Shown: in pieces, positions 28,721 to 38,143 of the stretch | How the letters are laid out: every line of letters begins with the position of its first letter | Numbering within the stretch: position 1 is the stretch's first letter | From: Deltaproteobacteria bacterium | Lineage (GTDB): Bacteria > Desulfobacterota > Binatia > Binatales > Binataceae | Direction of reading: 5' to 3' | Assembly: GCA_021801125.1 (NCBI GenBank) | Contig: JAJYYI010000042.1 | Coordinates: forward strand, 2,975-66,974 | Length of the DNA stretch: 64,000 bases | Notes under the pieces: model-generated | Seen by the model: the letters and a program-made list of their open reading frames with translations, nothing else | Databases searched by the model: none | Told to the model about the DNA's origin: nothing | Position numbers and translations under genes: made by a program

Positions 28721-29100
28721 CACGTCGTGCTCAGAACAGTCACTGCCGGTTTGTCGGCGTAGCGCGCCTTCAGCGCCTCGAACGCCGCATGGCGCGCCGG
28801 GTCGAAATCGGACTTGGCGCGGTTGGTGCGCGGCACGTAGCAGGTGAGCACCGTGTCACCGGCGGCGTTGAGAAAGCGCACGAAGCAGTTGCGGTCGGCG
28901 CTGTCGGCGATCTCCGCGCGTGCCAGTGCGCTTTGCTGGACGTGCAGATGATCGGGGCCGGCGCCGATCTCGATGGTCAGGTACTCCTCTCCGCTTCGCA
29001 CGGCCGGTTTGCCGCAAAGCTCGGCGATCGCCCCCTGGTTGCGCACGACGAAACGAATCTCGTCCCAGTCGGCGAGCCCTTCGAGCAGCTGGGTTATCAT
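28720..29100 (-). CDS. ChuX/HutX-like tetrapyrrole-binding protein inside the cbi operon
   Basis: LADWDEIRFVV...AIAE..G......Y.......HLH...FLNAAGDTV...Y.PR...FEALK pattern matches the ChuX/HutX/HemS fold; overlaps both neighbours. Confidence 0.6.
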   Translation of the reverse strand: MITQLLEGLADWDEIRFVVRNQGAIAELCGKPAVRSGEEYLTIEIGAGPDHLHVQQSALARAEIADSADRNCFVRFLNAAGDTVLTCYVPRTNRAKSDFDPARHAAFEALKARYADKPAVTVLSTT

Positions 29101-30179
29101 GCGGCGTTAACCTCGTGAACCAGGGCGACCGCCAGCGTGACGCGCCCGCACTTGCATTTGGGTACCAGCACCGCCGACGCGCCCGCGCTGAGCATCGCGG
29201 CGGGCTCGGCCACGCCCAGCACGCCGGTGTGTTTCAGCACCATCGGCGAGGGACTGGGAATCAGATGCTCGACGCGGTTGATCTCTTCGCGTTCGTAGGC
29301 GACCAGCGCAAGCCCGCGCTTCTGTGCGAAGGCGCAAAGCCCGGGTTCGTCTTTCTTTAAGATGTAGGTGGCGAGGTTGCGCACGCTCAGCGCTGATAGG
29401 CCATGATCTCGAAGCACTGTCTCAAAGGCCTGCTCGATTTCCTCGATCGCCGTGCCGCGATCGCACCCCACGCCCACCACCAGCGACTTAGGCCGCACCC
29501 AAAGCGTGGGGATTTTGGCCGGCATTTGCGCGGCGAGGATGCGATGGGAAACTATCACGGCGGCGCGGAAGCGGTCCTCGAGCTCGCCGAGCGAGGCGAT
29601 GCGCGTTACTCCCTTGGCCGCGAAGGGCTCCAGGTTGGGCATCCTCACGTTCGGCTCGGCGAAGATCGCGACCCTCTCCCCATCGACCAGCATCCCGCTC
29701 ACGACCTTCAGCGCTTCCCAGTTTTCGATCTCCGCGCCCAGTTCCTTGGCCAGCATGTCCGGCGCGAGCGTCTGATTCACGTCGGTACCTGTGGTGACGA
29801 CCGGTATCGCGCCGAGAACCTCGCCCAGCTCGCGCGCCAATTGGTTAGCGCCGCCCAAATGGCCGGCGCACAGACTTATCGCGAAGCGTCCGGTGATGTC
29901 GATAACGACGATTCCGGGGTCGAAGCGCTTATCGACGATATAGGGCGCGATGGTCCGCACGACGATTCCGGTCGCCATCACGAAAATCAATCCGTCGTAG
30001 GCGCCGAAGATTTCCTTGACCAGCGGCGCAAGGCCGCCCTCGAAGCGCCGCCAATGGGACGGCGCTTCGGCGTCGTACTTGCGGGCGACGAACACCTCGC
30101 ACTCGGGCCGAGAGTTCTGGATTCGCCGGCACACGTCGACGCCTTGCCGAGTCAGCGTTATGGCTGCCAGCCTTGTCAT
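29097..30179 (-). CDS. cbiG: Cobalt-precorrin-5A hydrolase
   Basis: MATGIVVR, DKRFDPG, GHLGGAN, VTTGTD, GVGCDRG and GVAEPAA motifs. Confidence 0.93.
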   Translation of the reverse strand: MTRLAAITLTRQGVDVCRRIQNSRPECEVFVARKYDAEAPSHWRRFEGGLAPLVKEIFGAYDGLIFVMATGIVVRTIAPYIVDKRFDPGIVVIDITGRFAISLCAGHLGGANQLARELGEVLGAIPVVTTGTDVNQTLAPDMLAKELGAEIENWEALKVVSGMLVDGERVAIFAEPNVRMPNLEPFAAKGVTRIASLGELEDRFRAAVIVSHRILAAQMPAKIPTLWVRPKSLVVGVGCDRGTAIEEIEQAFETVLRDHGLSALSVRNLATYILKKDEPGLCAFAQKRGLALVAYEREEINRVEHLIPSPSPMVLKHTGVLGVAEPAAMLSAGASAVLVPKCKCGRVTLAVALVHEVNAA

Positions 30180-31027
30180 TCGTCGCTTCCGCCGTCCGCG
30201 GCAGGGCTCGGGCGCAAGGAAAGCCCGGGTGTCTGCCCTTCGAGCGTCTCGTGGGTCTCGAGATCGTACTTATTCGCGTAGCCGCGCGGGGTGACGACCA
30301 ACCCTTCAAAGCTCTGCGTGGAGGTGTTGCCGATTATCACCGTCGTGAGCATCCCAATCTCATGCTCGTGCAGCCGGGCAAGGTCGGAGACCACTACGTT
30401 CTGCAGCTTGCGATAAGCGCTCTTGACGATCCCGACCGGGGTCGTGGCGGGGCGATATTTTAGGACTATTTCCTGGGTCCTCTTGAGCTGCCAGTTGCGC
30501 CGCTTCGATTGCGGATTATAAAGCGCGATGACGAAGTCGGCCGCCGCCGCGGCCTCCACGCGCCGTTCGATTATATCCCACGGCGTGAGCAGGTCAGAGA
30601 GGCTTATCGCGGCAAAGTCGTGGGTCAACGGCGCGCCAATCAGGGATGCGCACGCCGAAAGTGCGGTGATTCCCGGAATTACCTCGACGTCCGGGTTGTC
30701 GCCTGGCTTCCATCCCATCTCGCGCAGGCATTCGAAGGTCGGGCCAGCCATCCCGTAGATGCCGATGTCCCCGCTGGAGACGAGCGCGACGGTTTTTCCC
30801 TCTCGCGCGATCTCCACCGCTTCGCTAGCTCGATCCAACTCCTCGGTCATTCCTTTGCGGATGACCTGCTTGCCTTCGAGCAGGTCGGCGATAAGCTTGA
30901 TATACGTCGAATAGCCGATCACGACGTCGCTCTGGCGTATTGCCGCCAGCGCTCGCGGCGTGATCTGATCGTGATCGCCGGGTCCAAAGCCCACCAGAAG
31001 CAGTCGTCCACGAGCCCCGTTATTCAT
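30176..31027 (-). CDS. cbiH: Precorrin-3B C17-methyltransferase
   Basis: VGFGPG, SSGDIGIYGM, HDFAAISLSDLLTPW, LYNP and TPRGY motifs. Confidence 0.94.
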   Translation of the reverse strand: MNNGARGRLLLVGFGPGDHDQITPRALAAIRQSDVVIGYSTYIKLIADLLEGKQVIRKGMTEELDRASEAVEIAREGKTVALVSSGDIGIYGMAGPTFECLREMGWKPGDNPDVEVIPGITALSACASLIGAPLTHDFAAISLSDLLTPWDIIERRVEAAAAADFVIALYNPQSKRRNWQLKRTQEIVLKYRPATTPVGIVKSAYRKLQNVVVSDLARLHEHEIGMLTTVIIGNTSTQSFEGLVVTPRGYANKYDLETHETLEGQTPGLSLRPSPAADGGSDE

Positions 31028-31854
31028 GGCGTTACCTCGCCGGGCTTTTGCGCGCCGGCCTCCTTTGCGCGCGCCGATGCGCGCTTGCGAAAGCCGTGGC
31101 TGAATTGCGGGTCGTAGAGCCGCGACTTGCGCTCGCCGGCGCGCTGCTTGATCGCCGGATCGAGCGTGTCGCCAACGAGAATCATGGCCTGGGCGCGAAT
31201 CCCCGCCGCTGTGCTCTTCGCTGCGATGTCCTCCAGCGTGCCGCGCACGATACGCTGGCCGGGTTGGGTAGCGTTGGCGACCACCGCGACCGGGGTTTCC
31301 CGCCCGTAGCCGGCGCTAAGCTCCTCCACGACGCGCTCGATTAACGTTGCGCTGAGAAAAATCGCCAGTGTCGCGCGGTGATCGGCAAGCTCGCGCAGCC
31401 GCTGCCCGGAGGGCATCGGCGTGCGCCCTTCAGCCCGCGTCAGAATCACCGTCTGCGCCATTTCCGGAACGGTTAGTTCGTGGCCCAGCACTGCGGCGGC
31501 GGCAAAGGCAGAGCAGACCCCGGGGATTATCTCGTATGGGACTCCGGCGCGCTCGAGTTCTACCATCTGTTCGTGAATAGCGCCGAAGACCGACGGGTCG
31601 CCGGAATGAACTCGCGCGACCAGTTTACCGCTGCGCGCGCCGCTCACCATGAGTTCGACCAACTGCTCCAGATGGAGCCCGGCGCTGTCGTGAAGCTCGG
31701 CGTCGGCCCGCGCGTTCGCAAAAAGCCCCTGATCGAGCAGCGAACCGGTGTAAATTATGACGTCGGCCTGGCTGATCACGCGATGAGCGCGAAGAGTGAG
31801 CAGTTCGGGGTCGCCGGGTCCTCCGCCGACGAAGCATACCTTACCTGAATTCAT
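31024..31854 (-). CDS. cbiF: Precorrin-4 C11-methyltransferase
   Basis: GGGPGDPELLT, YTGSL, RVHSGDPS, ELTVPE..QTVILTR and SRLY..FSH motifs. Confidence 0.94.
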   Translation of the reverse strand: MNSGKVCFVGGGPGDPELLTLRAHRVISQADVIIYTGSLLDQGLFANARADAELHDSAGLHLEQLVELMVSGARSGKLVARVHSGDPSVFGAIHEQMVELERAGVPYEIIPGVCSAFAAAAVLGHELTVPEMAQTVILTRAEGRTPMPSGQRLRELADHRATLAIFLSATLIERVVEELSAGYGRETPVAVVANATQPGQRIVRGTLEDIAAKSTAAGIRAQAMILVGDTLDPAIKQRAGERKSRLYDPQFSHGFRKRASARAKEAGAQKPGEVTP

Positions 31855-32651
31855 TAAATCGGCTCCACTGCGGCGCCGTTCTCGCTCGGCCGCGCCTGCG
31901 CGGCTTGCGCCTGCAAGGCGCGCACCAGCGGAACACCGCGTTTACTGACGATTAGCGTCGTCAGATAATGCAGCCGTTTGGCGCGGTACGCCTCAAGCTC
32001 TCGCGTGACGATCTCCTGCTTAGTGCCTACACGGCTTGCGAGAAGTGCGCGGTCGCGCAAGCCCAGTTCGTCCAGCACTTCGACAACTTGGTCGAGCACG
32101 GCGCCGACCTTCATCAGGACCACCACGTCGAACCGTTCCAGCAGTTCCTTCAGCTCATGCTTCTGATAGGTTGCGGGCACGATCGCGATCGCCTCGTCCG
32201 CCTGGCCCAGAGCGATGCGGCCCGCTGCCGCCGCCGCGCCGAGAGAAGAGACGCCGGGTACGATCTCGACCGCGACCTCGGGAAACTCCTCGGTGATGAT
32301 CTCGTACACGTGCAAGAAGGTTGAGTAGAGCATCGGGTCGCCTTCGGTGATGAAGGCCACTGAACGATTCTCGCGGAGATGGCTGACGATCGCGCGCGCC
32401 GACTCGTGCCAGATGGGGATGAGCCGCGCGAAGTCCTTGTCCATCGGGAAGAGCAGCCCTTCAAGCCGCTGACGGCTTAGGTCGAGCATCGGCTTGATGA
32501 TTCTGAGGGCGTAGCTCGACCCCCCGGGCTTGCACGACGGATAGCAGATCACGTCGGCCGCGCGCAGAATGCGCTCCGCCTTGAGCGTAAGCAGCTCGAA
32601 TTCGCCGGGCCCGACGCCTACGCCGTAAAACACCGCGCCGCGAGCGCTCAT
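31854..32651 (-). CDS. cbiL: Precorrin-2 C20-methyltransferase
   Basis: GVGVGPG.ELLTLKA, FPM, TEGDPMLYSTF, PGVSS and LMKV motifs. Confidence 0.93.
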   Translation of the reverse strand: MSARGAVFYGVGVGPGEFELLTLKAERILRAADVICYPSCKPGGSSYALRIIKPMLDLSRQRLEGLLFPMDKDFARLIPIWHESARAIVSHLRENRSVAFITEGDPMLYSTFLHVYEIITEEFPEVAVEIVPGVSSLGAAAAAGRIALGQADEAIAIVPATYQKHELKELLERFDVVVLMKVGAVLDQVVEVLDELGLRDRALLASRVGTKQEIVTRELEAYRAKRLHYLTTLIVSKRGVPLVRALQAQAAQARPSENGAAVEPI

Positions 32652-33274
32652 GTCGTCTCCTGTGCGTCAGAGCGCGTCTCGGATTTGACCGCACTGATGA
32701 TAAAAATTGGATTTAGCGCTTCGAACCGCAGCAGGTCCAGAATCGGTTTGCTGCGCGAAACTTGCACCAAGGTAACGTCGAACTTGAGCTCCAGGGCCTT
32801 GAGCGTGTCTAGCGCCGCGCTGAGATTGTCGAGGGTGATCGCGTTGATCACGAGCCGGCCGTTGGGGCGCAGCCTGGCGAGCGAGGTCTTGATCACTTCG
32901 CCCATCTCGCCGCCACTGCCGCCGATAAACACCGCATCAGGTTCCGCCGCGATCTGCGCCAGGGCCTGAGGGGCGCGGCCGTGAATCACCTCGATCACAT
33001 GGCCAAGCTCGAATTTGGCGACGTTTTGCCGCGCGATCTGCGCGTCTTCGGCATTTTTTTCCAGCGCAAAGACCTTGCCTTCATTGCCCACCAACATCGC
33101 GGCTTCAATTGCGACCGAGCCGGTGGCGGTTCCGATATCCCAGATAACGTCGCCCGCGCCTGGCGCCAGTCGCGCCACGCTCAGCGCTCGTATCTCGGCC
33201 TTGGTGATAAGTCCCTTCTCAGGCTTGCGTTGGAAGAAAGCCTCGTCAGGCAATCCTATCGAAAGACGTTTCAT
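32648..33274 (-). CDS. cbiT: Precorrin-6B C15-methyltransferase (decarboxylating) CbiT
   Basis: GLITKAEIR, WDIGTATGSVAIEA, DAVFIGGSGG and ALNPIFI motifs. Confidence 0.92.
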   Translation of the reverse strand: MKRLSIGLPDEAFFQRKPEKGLITKAEIRALSVARLAPGAGDVIWDIGTATGSVAIEAAMLVGNEGKVFALEKNAEDAQIARQNVAKFELGHVIEVIHGRAPQALAQIAAEPDAVFIGGSGGEMGEVIKTSLARLRPNGRLVINAITLDNLSAALDTLKALELKFDVTLVQVSRSKPILDLLRFEALNPIFIISAVKSETRSDAQETT

Positions 33275-33287
33275 ATAGTGCGAAACC

Positions 33288-34643
33288 TCAAGGCCGGTCC
33301 GCGGCGATCAGGATCAAAACGTTGAGCGCCGATACCGCCTCCAGCTTTGCGAGTTCTTCTAGCGACAACTCGCGCACGCGCTCGGTCGGACTCCCCAGGT
33401 CCTCGCACAGAAAGGCGCGATAACCGCCGGCGCCAGCTTTGAGCAGTTCTCGCGCGACCACGGGCGGGGTGTTCGACGGATCCGTGAAAATGCCCACCTT
33501 GCGATGGGGGACGATTTGCTCGACCTTGAGCGGGCGGGCGTGGAAGCTTAAGAAAGCCGCGTCGTCCCACGGCTCTTTGATCCGCGCGAACGCCTCCTGA
33601 ATCGCGCTCGGCGCCGGCACAATTTCGACCTGCTCCTTGCCGAGCTTGTTCACGAGGTACCTGGCGACACCGTAAAAGTTCGGATCACCGGAGGCCAAAA
33701 CCACCGCCGGCTCGCTCGTTTCCGCAAGCGTGCGGGCAAGCTCCTCCAGGTTCGCCCGAATAACGAAGCGGCGCGCCGGATGGTCGGTGAACAGCGCCAG
33801 ATGACGTTCGCCGCCGCACAGCAGCTTCGCGCCGCGCACGGCTCCGAGCGCCCGGGCCGAAAGATCCTGCGCTCCGCCGGTGCCGACGCCGACGACGGTC
33901 ACCGCGCTGCGCAGCGAGGGTTGGGCGCTAAGCTCATCCGCGCGTGTCCGCGTCGCGCCATCTTCGCGAACGGCGCTGCTTGACCGGCCGTCGGCGGCCT
34001 GCGCGGATGATCCGGCGCGTTGCGCGGCGATTGCCAGCAACGCGTGGATAATCGCAACCGCGATAGTGCTGCCGCCCTTGCGCCCGTGCGCGACAATCGC
34101 GGGTACGTCAAGGCGCAGCATCTCCTCCTTGCTTTCGACCGCGTTGACGAAGCCGACGGGCACCGCGATCACCAGCGCCGGCTTTACCCGTTCCTCGCGC
34201 GCCAAGCGCGCAATCTCCAGCAACGCCGTGGGCGCGTTGCCGACGGCCACCACGCTGTTATGCAAGAGCGGGCTCGCCCGGCGCATCGCCGCCACCGCCC
34301 GCGTTAGATTCAATCGCGAGGCTTGCTCGATTACCTGCGGGTCGGAAATAAAGCAGTGCGTGACGATCCCGAAACGGGCCAGGCGCGGCGCCGAGAGGCC
34401 CGCGCGGATCATCTCGACGTCGGCCACGAGGTTGCATCCCGAGGCCAGAGCAGCGATTCCGGCTTCGAGGGCATCGCGATGAAAAACGATATTGTCCTTG
34501 AACTCGAAGTCGGCGCTGGCGTGGATTACCCGACGCACGATCGTCCACTGCTCGGGCGTAAAGTGATGGGCGCCGGCTTCGCGATCGATTGTGGCAAAGC
34601 TCTCTTCTTCGATTTCGCGCCCGGTGGCAGTTATCTGCTGCAT
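33288..34643 (-). CDS. Fusion of precorrin-8X methylmutase CbiC and precorrin-7 C5-methyltransferase CbiE
   Basis: N-half: IEEESF, RRVIHASADF, GNAPTAL, PVGFV, GRKGGS (CbiC/CobH). Ala/Ser linker. C-half: GGERHL, LASGDPNFYG, EDLG..ER (CbiE). Confidence 0.88.
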   Translation of the reverse strand: MQQITATGREIEEESFATIDREAGAHHFTPEQWTIVRRVIHASADFEFKDNIVFHRDALEAGIAALASGCNLVADVEMIRAGLSAPRLARFGIVTHCFISDPQVIEQASRLNLTRAVAAMRRASPLLHNSVVAVGNAPTALLEIARLAREERVKPALVIAVPVGFVNAVESKEEMLRLDVPAIVAHGRKGGSTIAVAIIHALLAIAAQRAGSSAQAADGRSSSAVREDGATRTRADELSAQPSLRSAVTVVGVGTGGAQDLSARALGAVRGAKLLCGGERHLALFTDHPARRFVIRANLEELARTLAETSEPAVVLASGDPNFYGVARYLVNKLGKEQVEIVPAPSAIQEAFARIKEPWDDAAFLSFHARPLKVEQIVPHRKVGIFTDPSNTPPVVARELLKAGAGGYRAFLCEDLGSPTERVRELSLEELAKLEAVSALNVLILIAADRP

Positions 34644-34688
34644 CGGCCTGTCATCCTCGATCCACCCGCTTGGCGGATGCGCTCAGCT

Positions 34689-35864
34689 TTACGCTCGAGC
34701 ATCGTTCGGTCGACTTTCCTTCAGATGCTCGAGCGCAGCATCGGCGGCATAAAGCCCCAAAAGTTTCCCGTCGAAGTCGGTCAGCATCACGCTAATCGCA
34801 AGCGGTTCACCGGCGAAACGGCGCAGATGCTCCGCGGCGGCGGTGCAAACCTGGTCGGCCAAGGCGGTAAGCCCGCCGGCCAGCGCGATCTCCAGCGCGT
34901 GGCGGGCGGTGTTCGCGTTTTCAATTTGCGCAGCCAGTTGTGGGTCAGCGCCTAGCTTTAGCGCCATCCCGGCCAATAGCCCCAGATTCACTTTGGAGCC
35001 GGCCGCGTGGGTCATTTTCTTGCCATCAGCGATCTTGGACAGCTTGCCTATCATGCCGGCGAAGATAGCGTGGCGCACGCCCTTGCGCGCCGCCCAATTC
35101 GCCGCGTAGCCGGCGAAATCCCCCATTTCGATGAAGGCGACCTCTGGAAGATGCGGCAGAAGGGCCATGGCGAATTTTTCGGATTGTCCCCCCGTGGTGA
35201 AGACCAGTTCGCGCTGGCCGGCGCTCAGCGCGACGTCGATCGCGCGGGCGATGCTGGCGCGAAAGGCCGCGGTCGAAAATGGCGTGACAAGGCCGTTGGA
35301 GCCTAAGATTCCTATCCCGCCAATCACACCTAAGCGCGCGAGCAGAGTTTTCTTTGCCAGCTCCGCTCCGTTGGGCACCGATATCGTCACTCGCGCGCCG
35401 AGGTCGCCGCGCTTGAGGTCGTCGAGCGCCTGGCGCACCGACTCGGAAATCATTCGGCGGGGCACGCGCGTAATGTCGGGCTCGCCCACTTCGAGCCCGA
35501 GACCGGCGCGCGTCACCTTACCGACGCCTTCTCCTCCGAGGATCGTGATCGCGGGGTCTTCGCTCAGTTCGACCGTCGCGAAGATTGCGGCGCCGTGTGT
35601 GACGTCAGGATCGTCGCCGGCATCCTTGATAATTGAGCAGGTCGCTGAATGGGCGTCGGACTCGCAGCGTGCCACTGCAAAACGGGCCGGCGTGCGATTG
35701 GGCAAAAGAATCGTCACCTCGCTCTGGGCCGTTTTAGTCAACAGGGCGGTAGTAGCCGCCTTAGCGGCGGCTGCTGCGCAGCTACCGGTCGAAAAGCCGG
35801 TCCGGAGCTGCTTTTTAGGCTCGAGCTGTTTGTTGGCTTGCGCCACGTAGTTTCGTCCGGGCAA
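34689..35864 (-). CDS. cbiD: Cobalt-precorrin-5B C1-methyltransferase
   Basis: LRTGFSTGSCAAAA, KDAGDDPDVTHG, GGEGVG, MGDF and GKLSK..G...TH motifs; start may be GTG near 35846. Confidence 0.94.
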   Translation of the reverse strand: MPGRNYVAQANKQLEPKKQLRTGFSTGSCAAAAAKAATTALLTKTAQSEVTILLPNRTPARFAVARCESDAHSATCSIIKDAGDDPDVTHGAAIFATVELSEDPAITILGGEGVGKVTRAGLGLEVGEPDITRVPRRMISESVRQALDDLKRGDLGARVTISVPNGAELAKKTLLARLGVIGGIGILGSNGLVTPFSTAAFRASIARAIDVALSAGQRELVFTTGGQSEKFAMALLPHLPEVAFIEMGDFAGYAANWAARKGVRHAIFAGMIGKLSKIADGKKMTHAAGSKVNLGLLAGMALKLGADPQLAAQIENANTARHALEIALAGGLTALADQVCTAAAEHLRRFAGEPLAISVMLTDFDGKLLGLYAADAALEHLKESRPNDARA

Positions 35865-36064
35865 AAGTCTCGCTTGTCAGTTCGGCTGCAATTCGCCGGT
35901 GCCGGATCGCTTCGAGGCAAAAAGAAGCAACCGCGAAGGCCGCGTGCGCCGGTACGGTCAGCCGCCGCCCCGCCCGCCGGGTATCGCCCTATTCACATTG
36001 ACAGGAACTGGCGTTGCGTGACTCCGCCGGCTCTCCTGCTCCCCGCAGACCAGCCCCGGAACGC

Positions 36065-36260
36065 CATTCGGCAGGTCTCCTGACTCTCGGATCAACCTAC
36101 TTGCGGCAACCTTCCCGCTGCGCACCCGTCTCAGGTAACCATAGCAGCAGTGGCAGAGGAGCGCTTTCGTCCCCGATCACAGTGGCGGGGGCCGTGTCGG
36201 ATTCGCACCGACTTCCCTATTAAGGCCTAGCCGCCGTCCGGCTTACTAACCGGTATATCG
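36065..36260 (-). ncRNA. Cobalamin (B12) riboswitch
   Basis: TAATAGGGAA-GTCGGTGCGAATCCGAC-ACGGCCCCCGCCACTGT...GCCACTG...GGGAAGG...AGTCAGGAGACCTGCC (B12 box), upstream of cbiD. Confidence 0.95.
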
Positions 36261-36504
36261 GCGCGCAGTGGAAAGTCAAGACGATTCGGCGTAACGGAAT
36301 CGCGCCTGGACCGTTGCCCAACTGGCCGCTGCGAGGCCAACAAAGGGGCTCCCGAGCAGATTTCCGGCCTCGCGAAAGCAACAAGCGGCAGACCTGAGGC
36401 GAAGATCGTTCGTCCGCGGATGAGACCCGACGTCCGGACGCTTCACCCAGAGCGGCATTCCTCTGCCTAGGAACCACCGTGTGCGTTGCATTACCGCGCG
36501 CTTG

Positions 36505-37716
36505 TCAGCCCAACACACCGTTTTCCTTCAGGCGCGCGATCTCCTCCCAGCTAAAGCCGAGTTCCAACGCGACCTCTTCGCTATGCTGCCCCAATTCGGG
36601 CGCCGGTCGATGCGGCGTGTCGGGCATAGAACTGAATCGCACCGGGTCGTTGACCACGCGGCATTCAGGAATGCGCGGATGATCAACGGCGGCAAAGGTA
36701 CCGATCGCCTGCGCCTGCGGGTCTGCAAGCACCTCTGCGTTAGTTTGCACGGGTGCCCAGAACAACTCGTGACGATCGAAGATCTGAGCCCATTGATCGC
36801 GGGTGCGCGTCGCCACGATTTCAGCTATCGCGCTGATTAATTCGCGTGAATTGCGCCGGCGCGCCTGACTATCGCAAAAGCGCGAATCGTCGACCCATTG
36901 CGGCCGTTCCAGGGCGGCGCAAAAGTTCGGCCAATGGCGTTGATCCTGCAGCATCACGAAGAAAATCCAGCGACCGTCCTGACACTGATAGGAGTTCCAG
37001 AGGGGATTCGGTCGCGCGTGCCGGCTCTCGGGCTGAGGCGGCGTACCGCACAACAGTCCTATCGTCAGATCGGTGGCGTTCATCCAGAGCCCCATCGAAA
37101 ATAACGACAGGTCGACTTCGCATCCGCGACCGGTCCGTTCTCGCGCAAGCAGCGCCGCCGATATAGCGCCGGCCATTCCCAACCCGGCGGCGTGATCGAT
37201 CATGCCCGGACGCTGCGCCGGAGGAGGCTCGCCGGGTTCCGCCACGGTCGCCATCAGGCCAGACCGTGACCATCCGGCTGCATAATCGAAGCCCGGACGC
37301 AGGCGGTCTGGCCCGGTATGGCCATAAGCGTTGAGGCTGGCATAAACCAGGCGCGGATTTCGCTGCCTAAGCGAGGCGTAATCGAGCCCCATCTCTTCGA
37401 GCGCGTCCAAGCGCAGATTGGTCACAAAAACGTCAGCCAAATCAATTAGGCGCCAGGCAAAATCGCGCCCTTGCGGATGGCGTAGGTCCACGGCGACCGA
37501 GCGCTTGTTGAGATTGTCAAGCTCGTAGCCTGGCGGAATAACCAGCGCTTCGTTGCCGCGCGCCGAAGTGGTCAACGCACGGATCGGGTCTCCGCCTTTT
37601 GGGCTTTCGAGCTTAATCACGTCGGCTCCCCAGCGGCCTAAAATGGCGGCCGCCGAAGGACCTGCGACCCACATCGCGACCTCAGCAACGCGAAACCCAT
37701 CCAGCGGTCCTCGCAT
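36505..37716 (-). CDS. CaiB/BaiF family III CoA-transferase
   Basis: GPLDGFRV, GADVIKLE, NLNKRS, NPRLVYAS, GFD and APELGQHS motifs. Confidence 0.92.
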   Translation of the reverse strand: MRGPLDGFRVAEVAMWVAGPSAAAILGRWGADVIKLESPKGGDPIRALTTSARGNEALVIPPGYELDNLNKRSVAVDLRHPQGRDFAWRLIDLADVFVTNLRLDALEEMGLDYASLRQRNPRLVYASLNAYGHTGPDRLRPGFDYAAGWSRSGLMATVAEPGEPPPAQRPGMIDHAAGLGMAGAISAALLARERTGRGCEVDLSLFSMGLWMNATDLTIGLLCGTPPQPESRHARPNPLWNSYQCQDGRWIFFVMLQDQRHWPNFCAALERPQWVDDSRFCDSQARRRNSRELISAIAEIVATRTRDQWAQIFDRHELFWAPVQTNAEVLADPQAQAIGTFAAVDHPRIPECRVVNDPVRFSSMPDTPHRPAPELGQHSEEVALELGFSWEEIARLKENGVLG

Positions 37717-38143
37717 AAAGCCATCCTCCTCGACGCTGACCCGCAGTCACGGCGTCGCGGTCGCCGGCCTGCCGGCAAACCATTTCAGGTGGGGACAGGT
37801 TGAGCAACTGCGTTCGCCTTTGCCCGCCGATCCTTGACCTTTTTTCATAACAAGCTCGCTGGGTGCGGGAAATAGCCGGGCGGTTTGAGATGATGCCGCA
37901 ACCTAGACTTGCCTGAATGCCTTTTATCGCACCAGCTCGCGCTCGGTCTCTCGCAGGCCCGGATGACCAAACGAGAAGCCGAAAGACCACTTTGGCAACC
38001 GCGGGAAAGCCTTGTTGGCGAACGCGATGGACGGGCTCGCTCGTCTTGACCGTGCGCAAAGACGCGTTGTATAGGTCAGATACTGTCAAGGGGGCAGAGC
38101 TCCGACCTGTGCTGTGGGTACCTTTTGGAGGGGGCAGCACTAC

